A stretch of 64,000 nucleotides of DNA, from the NCBI GenBank assembly GCA_951406725.2, contig OX597819.1, forward strand, positions 44,950,001 through 45,014,000. Reading direction: 5' to 3'. Positions 56,120 to 64,000 of this stretch are shown piece after piece. Origin of the DNA: Octopus vulgaris (taxonomy: Eukaryota). The position numbers and the translations under genes are program-made. The notes beneath the pieces are model-generated. The model ran no database searches and was not told the DNA's origin. It saw only the letters and a program-made list of their open reading frames with translations. Each line of letters starts with the position of its first letter. Within the stretch, counting starts at the first letter, position 1.

Positions 56120-56650
56120 GATCGATCTAACAAGTTGCCTCCGTTTAAATACCTAAATTGAAGCTAATATCAGCAAACAATGATGTGGTGGATCCAAAAC
56201 AACAACACAGCATGAGGTTTTTTTTAATATCATTAACAGTTACGCGTCAGCATATACGAACGACCTACGTATAAAGAAATATATAGGACCAAATAAATTA
56301 ATGCTACACTAGAAGTGCAGTCAAAATATTTTTACAAATGTAAAATGTATACAGTTTAGAAATTTGGATTCATAAATTTGGTTTCGTAAATTTGGATTCC
56401 GAAATTTGGTTTCATAAATTTGGATTCATGAATTTGGTTTTCGAAATTTGGACCCAGATGTGACACAAAAAATTATTTAAATCTGACAAACAAAAGTTCT
56501 GACGAATTGTATGAGTACAAGATAAATCCATAAATGCCTAACACAAAGACAAAGTGCATAAACTAAACAGATAATCATAGCTTCCAGAATCCAATTGAAC
56601 AACCTTGTCTCACACAAAAAACTTTAACTGTCACAAAAAGCTTAGTGTAC
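56120..56650 (+). mobile_element. Decayed RTE-like RT fragment containing a 14-bp tandem repeat
   Basis: Frameshifted QVAS/FKYL and DELYE remnants; 7 copies of AAATTTGG(A/T)TTCNN at 56360-56457. Confidence 0.45.
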
Positions 56651-57054
56651 AATTATCTCTGCTTATAAAAGTTCGCTAAGGTTTAGCCAATATGTTAGAG
56701 TTTCGGAGTTTGGCTATTTACACCTACCTTACCCTATTTTGACAAGGGACTTCATCCTAATCTTACAGTGCAGGATGCAAAAACTACCTGTTTACCTGTT
56801 AAAATTTATAATGCAGTGTCGGTAACACTTGCCAATAATATTATTTCATAATATACTCATACAATAGGCATAATTTTTAAGAAAACTTCAATATATATAT
56901 ATATATATAATTTTATATATATATATAACCAGGATTGCCACATTATGTTGGCAAATAATCTTTACTCTATGGGACTGTTACTGAATATTTCTCGAATACA
57001 CACACACATACACACACACAGCACACACACACACAAACACACACACACACACAA

Positions 57055-57123
<69 letters not shown>

Positions 57124-57758
57124 CGCAAGCTTGGCTGCCTGGTAACGAAGCTTGCTTCTCAGCCGCATTGTCGTGGTTTCTGTATCACTGGGAAAGTACT
57201 TCTACTACCGCCCGAGGTCAACCAAAGACTTGTGAGTGGATTTGGTAGACAGAAAGCGAACAAATTCCGTCGTGTATGGATATTACCGAGTCTATAGTAA
57301 AAGACACTTTGTCCTTGGGAGTCAAGCTTCTTACCACACAGCCACGACTACGACTGCGACTGCGACTGCACATTTATGGTAACACTTTCTTGTGTGTATG
57401 TATATGTCTATTTATGTTTAGATTTATGTAGGTAGACTGTTGGTACACTATTATGTACGTGTATATCAACTATATCAATGACCAGTCGAACTGTGACATA
57501 ATTTGTTTTCCCAGCCACTAAAATCCCAGCTGGAAAGGAATCAGATGTCTTAAAGAGGTAAGCTATTAAAAGTACAGGTGTGATATTAATGCGAAACTGT
57601 AATTGTCATATGGATGTCGTTAGCGGTGTACCACTGAAGGTCAAATGTTTCGCAAACAACACGAGAAAAAAAGCAATATTTATACGAAAATGTGATCGAG
57701 TACGGGAAAGTGAATAGATACAAAAGGTGATAAAGAGGGAATAAGATGAAACTGAAAC

Positions 57759-57825
<67 letters not shown>

Positions 57826-57971
57826 ATATGTGTGTGTGTGGTTGTGTGGTAAGTAGCTTGCTTACCAACCATATAGTTCCGGGTCAGTCCCACTGCGTGG
57901 CACCTTTCGCTAGTGTCAGGCAGGGTCGTCACTCCTTGAAGTAGTGAAGAAAATCGCTACCCACTAGGTAA

Positions 57972-58015
<44 letters not shown>

Positions 58016-58178
58016 CATACATGGTACTTGACTGAGGAAAGAAAACTTCGAATGACCCGTCCTTGTTTTCTTTGTATCGTCTATCTAGATGTTTTGTTGT
58101 CCCATTTTTGTATGACCTAACTGTTAGGATGTCTTGCATTCTTATCCCATTTTGTATTTTATATATATATATACATAT

Positions 58179-58312
<134 letters not shown>

Positions 58313-58316
58313 TACA

Positions 58317-58362
<46 letters not shown>

Positions 58363-58966
58363 CACGTACATTCGCATATACAGTCGGAAATGATCGAGTG
58401 GTACACGCAATGCATTTACCGTGGCTAAAAATGCTTCACATTACCGACATTATTTTTACAGTTTAGGGCCAATAAAGAAAGCAATTTCGGTCCAGTTAGT
58501 CTTTTTTTTTTTTAGTTGAAAGTGAGTTGATTAACTCAAATTTATGTGTATGGTAATAATATGCATCTATGACTATGATATGTCATACTTTTATGCCGCT
58601 TTATTAGTGACTTAAGTGAAGTGGTTTTTAAAACAAGGATAGAATCATTGTTACCGATTTTCGATGCCGGCTACTAATTAAATCATACATTTATGAACTA
58701 TTTTCAGTAAATAACGCAGTAGAAAACGAGATCGAGAGAAATAGAGTGAGGGGGCGGAGACAGCTAGAAAGTGTGGGTTTATGCATAGATAGACGGAGTA
58801 GAAATATAAAAAAATTGTGAGAGGCAAGAGCAAGAAAAATATAAATTCGTCACCGGATATGTTCATGAACATTGTGCTGTGAGTACTTAGAAACAATAAA
58901 AAAAACCAAACAGATGATGTATATATGCAAAGAATATACGAACATATATATACATAGATGCATACA

Positions 58967-59290
<324 letters not shown>

Positions 59291-59443
59291 TCTTTTGCTG
59301 GTGTCTCAAATTTAGGTTAAATCAGTGTTTCCCAAAGGGGAGGCCTATGGGACTGTTGGACAAGTTGTTTTGAGAAAATTTGGAGAAAATTTGGTTTAAA
59401 TGTTTGACAACTCAGCACCGTCCATTGGACGGGGGGCGTTTTG

Positions 59444-59514
<71 letters not shown>

Positions 59515-59815
59515 ATATATATTATACACACTGATATGGGACTATTTTATCTTCAAACGCATAATTATAGTACTGAATAGCATAAATCGGACAGAACATC
59601 CATAAATTGCAGAAAAATTTGTTACCCCGAGCTGTTAGTAATTCTAACATGAGCGAACTCAACTTCCAAATCTTGTCACGACTATATTGCATGTTCTAAA
59701 TTGCAGAATATCCTTATTATCATTATGCGTTTAAGAATACAATATTTCCATATCTGTATATTTCAATACATCTCAACTCCTCTAAAGAAGCAAACTTTGT
59801 TTACATACCTTGTAA

Positions 59816-59879
<64 letters not shown>

Positions 59880-59912
59880 GAATGTGTGTATATATATATA
59901 AATATACTCATG

Positions 59913-59965
<53 letters not shown>

Positions 59966-60053
59966 GTTACTGTTAAAACAAGTCGGGATGCTTGACGTTC
60001 AGTAACTCAATAACTGAAAAATGCATTAAATACTACAGGACGAACAAGTAAGA

Positions 60054-60245
60054 CAGACACAGAAAGGCCCTAATTCTTCATCAGTTATCAACCAAAAGTA
60101 CTAATACTCAGTTTAGTGCCTTTAACTATAAGATTGAGAACTTCCTATATCGGCGGCAGCAGCAAGATTTCCATTAAAGGCACGAAACTGAGTATTAATA
60201 CTTTTGGTTGATAACTGATGAAGAATTAGGGTCTTTCTGTGTCTG
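60054..60245. repeat. Inverted repeat (about 72-bp arms) with a truncated hammerhead core
   Basis: 60054-60126 versus 60174-60245; both arms contain ataaCTGATGAAG but no GAAA half. Confidence 0.8.
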
Positions 60246-60269
60246 CCCTACGTGTATGTTTTGTGGTTG

Positions 60270-61690
<1,421 letters not shown>

Positions 61691-61697
61691 GTTGTTG

Positions 61698-61767
<70 letters not shown>

Positions 61768-61819
61768 GGTGGCGAGCTGGCAGAATCGTTAACATGTCGG
61801 GCAAAATGCTTAAGATGAC

Positions 61820-62800
61820 ACTTGATTACTGACCATGCCTGAAGAAGCCTGCATAGGACTCATGCAGTTTCAAGAAATGACAACATTTGTAGGTGTTTTA
61901 TCTTTACATTTGCACCACCCTTTTTGAGCCATGTTGGTAGTTGGGTACTGATACTTCCAAGCGCACCAATGACTATTGCTATCACATTCACTCCCTTCAT
62001 TACCCACAATCTGCATATTTCCCACTTCAATTCATCACAGTTGTTCACCTTTTCCTCTTCTTTCTTTTCAGTCCTGTTGTCACCGACACATGCTATGCTA
62101 ATTATCAGGCATGTTTTTTTTTCCTTTCTGTTCATCACAACACTATCAGGTTTCCGATGTTTAATCTGATAGTTACAGTGAATCATTGCATCTCACAGAA
62201 TTTTCCAATCGTCATTCTCGGTAACTCCTTCTGGGATTTGGTCATACCACGTCTTTGATCTTTCTCGGACATAATTTCCACGTAGCTCCCAAAGGAACAT
62301 TCTTGCCACATTGTCATGTCACCTTTTGTACTCAATTTTTGCCAATTTCGGATATTCATTAACAATACGTCACATTGTTTCACCTCTCTGCATTTGTCGC
62401 CCTCGGTTGTTTTACCAATTCTGTTCTTCACGCAGTTTTTCCTTAATGCTTATTCTTTTGCCGTGCATATAAGTGGCTCTGTTTCTTATTTCTTTATTGC
62501 CCACAAGGGGCTAAACATAGAGGGGACAAACAAGGACAGACAAACGGATTAAGTTGATTACATCGACTCCAGTGCGTAACTGGTACTTAGTTTATCGACC
62601 CCGAAAGGACGAAAGTCAAAGATGACCTCGGCGGAATTTGAACTCAGAACGTAGCAGCAGACGAAATACGTGAAGCATTTCGCCCGGCGGGCTAAGGTTT
62701 CTGCTAGCTCGCCGCCTTGGGTGGCTCTGTTTCTATCTTCAATTGACTTCTCCACATCTATAACCATCGACATCCTGTATCTGTTCTTGTGCTCGTATGT
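61820..62800 (-). mobile_element. R4/Dong-like LINE 3' fragment interrupted by a SINE
   Basis: LKIETEPLICTAKE*AL..DKCR (spanning the SINE); HRKPDSVV..CLIISIAC..IVIGALG..LETA. Confidence 0.85.
62487..62717 (-). mobile_element. Full-length SINE family A with 14-bp TSD
   Basis: gtggctctgtttct at 62473-62486 and 62721-62734. Confidence 0.93.
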
Positions 62801-62884
62801 CCTTTAAAGAGATCGTACATTTCCTCTCTTTCGATATTATTTCTTTTTTTTATCATTTTTTTTACCACTTTAAATTTTTCTTAA

Positions 62885-63044
62885 GAGTGGCTGTCTGGTA
62901 ATTAGCTTGCTTACCAACTACATGGTTCCGGGTTCATTCCCACTGCGTGGCACCTTGGGCATGTGTCTTCTACAATAGCCTCGGGCCGACCAAAGCCTTG
63001 TGAATGGATTTGGTTGACGGAAACTGAAAAGAAAACTGTCGTAT
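62885..63044 (+). mobile_element. SINE family B, 5' half
   Basis: Homologous to 22942-23106. Confidence 0.85.
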
Positions 63045-63416
63045 ATATATGTATATAGATATACATACACACACACACACACACACACGTTCATGTGCGA
63101 TCCACATACATGCACATACGCATGCATACCCCGCCCCCTCTACCTACACAGATGCACATGTATATACTTTCACACATACACCTTCCGGCATACCGATTAG
63201 AGCTATGGACCTCTACAGCCTCGTTGGTTTTACAAACAGTAACTATTTGTTAGTAAATATTATTATTCTTATACAGCTGCATTGTAAAGTTAGGTATCTA
63301 AACATATGTGAACATCAAGGCGTAAATGTATGCACACAAGATGTAAATATATAGAAGACATACGCCTCTTCAGATAATTCATCTGTTATGTTAGTTTAGA
63401 AGCTATGCTCTAATAC

Positions 63417-63825
63417 CTATTTCTTTACTACCCACAAGGGGCTAAACACAGAGGGGACAAAGAAGGACAGACAAACGGATTAAGTCGATTATATCGACCC
63501 CAGTGCGTCACTGGTACTTATTTAATCGACCCCGAAAGGATGAAAGGCAAAGTACGGTTGAATGTGAGATAACGTAAAGACAGACGATATACCTATATCT
63601 TTACTACCCACAAGGGGCTAAACACAGAGAGAACAAACAAGGACAGACAAACGGATTAAGTCGATTATATCGAGCCCAGTGCGTCACTGGTACTTATTTA
63701 ATCGACCCCGAAAGAATGAAAGGCAAAGTCGACCTCGGCGGAATTTGAACTCAGAACGTAGCGGCAGACGAAATACTCCTAAGCGTTTCGCCTGGCGTGC
63801 TAACGTTTCTGCCATCTCGCCGCCT
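63417..63825 (-). mobile_element. Tandem/nested SINE family A dimer with TSD
   Basis: Partial copy 63417-63590 plus full copy 63591-63825; gctatgctctaatac at 63402-63416 and 63831-63845. Confidence 0.9.
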
Positions 63826-64000
63826 TAAAGGCTATGCTCTAATACTTTTAGAGGCTATACTCTAATACCTTTAAGTTTGCATATTTTAATGACTCATGGT
63901 TGCGTTCCCAATTTATTATATAGGAACAATATATAAGTATAACTGTGTCTATGCAACAATTTTTTTTTCTTCTTTAGTATATCAGTCTATAATGTTTTTG

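Noticed and set aside
61834-61880. CTGAAGA followed by hairpin CTGCAT/ATGCAG and GAAA (hammerhead-like)
   Set aside because: It is antisense to the LINE C-terminal codons (LETA*VLCRLL); the GAAA is mis-spaced and there is no stem III or stem I closure.

Overview
This is AT-rich, microsatellite-saturated animal DNA with no recognisable host protein-coding exon. The SINE families resemble those of octopod cephalopods (inference), so it is probably a gene desert or a very large intron. Most ORFs in the supplied track are translations of simple repeats. The real coding remnants are decayed transposons: DD37D (maT) Tc1/mariner, a Tigger/pogo transposase, several R4/Dong-type restriction-like-endonuclease LINEs, RTE and CR1-like fragments, and Penelope-like element (PLE) RT and GIY-YIG pieces. 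Non-autonomous Helitrons and four tRNA-derived SINE families are also present. The most striking signal is a dense set of type I minimal hammerhead ribozyme motifs: about 7 near-complete and about 10 degenerate, from several unrelated repeat families, usually inside inverted repeats. They include a non-coding, highly structured 547-nt unit bounded by two tandem hammerheads (retrozyme/circRNA-like, 30.4-31.4 kb) and non-canonical catalytic cores (G3-C8 swap, U3-A8, U6, C4). A second theme is a group of elements that sit in (AAT)n/(ATT)n arrays. All calls were made by eye, and many element boundaries are approximate.
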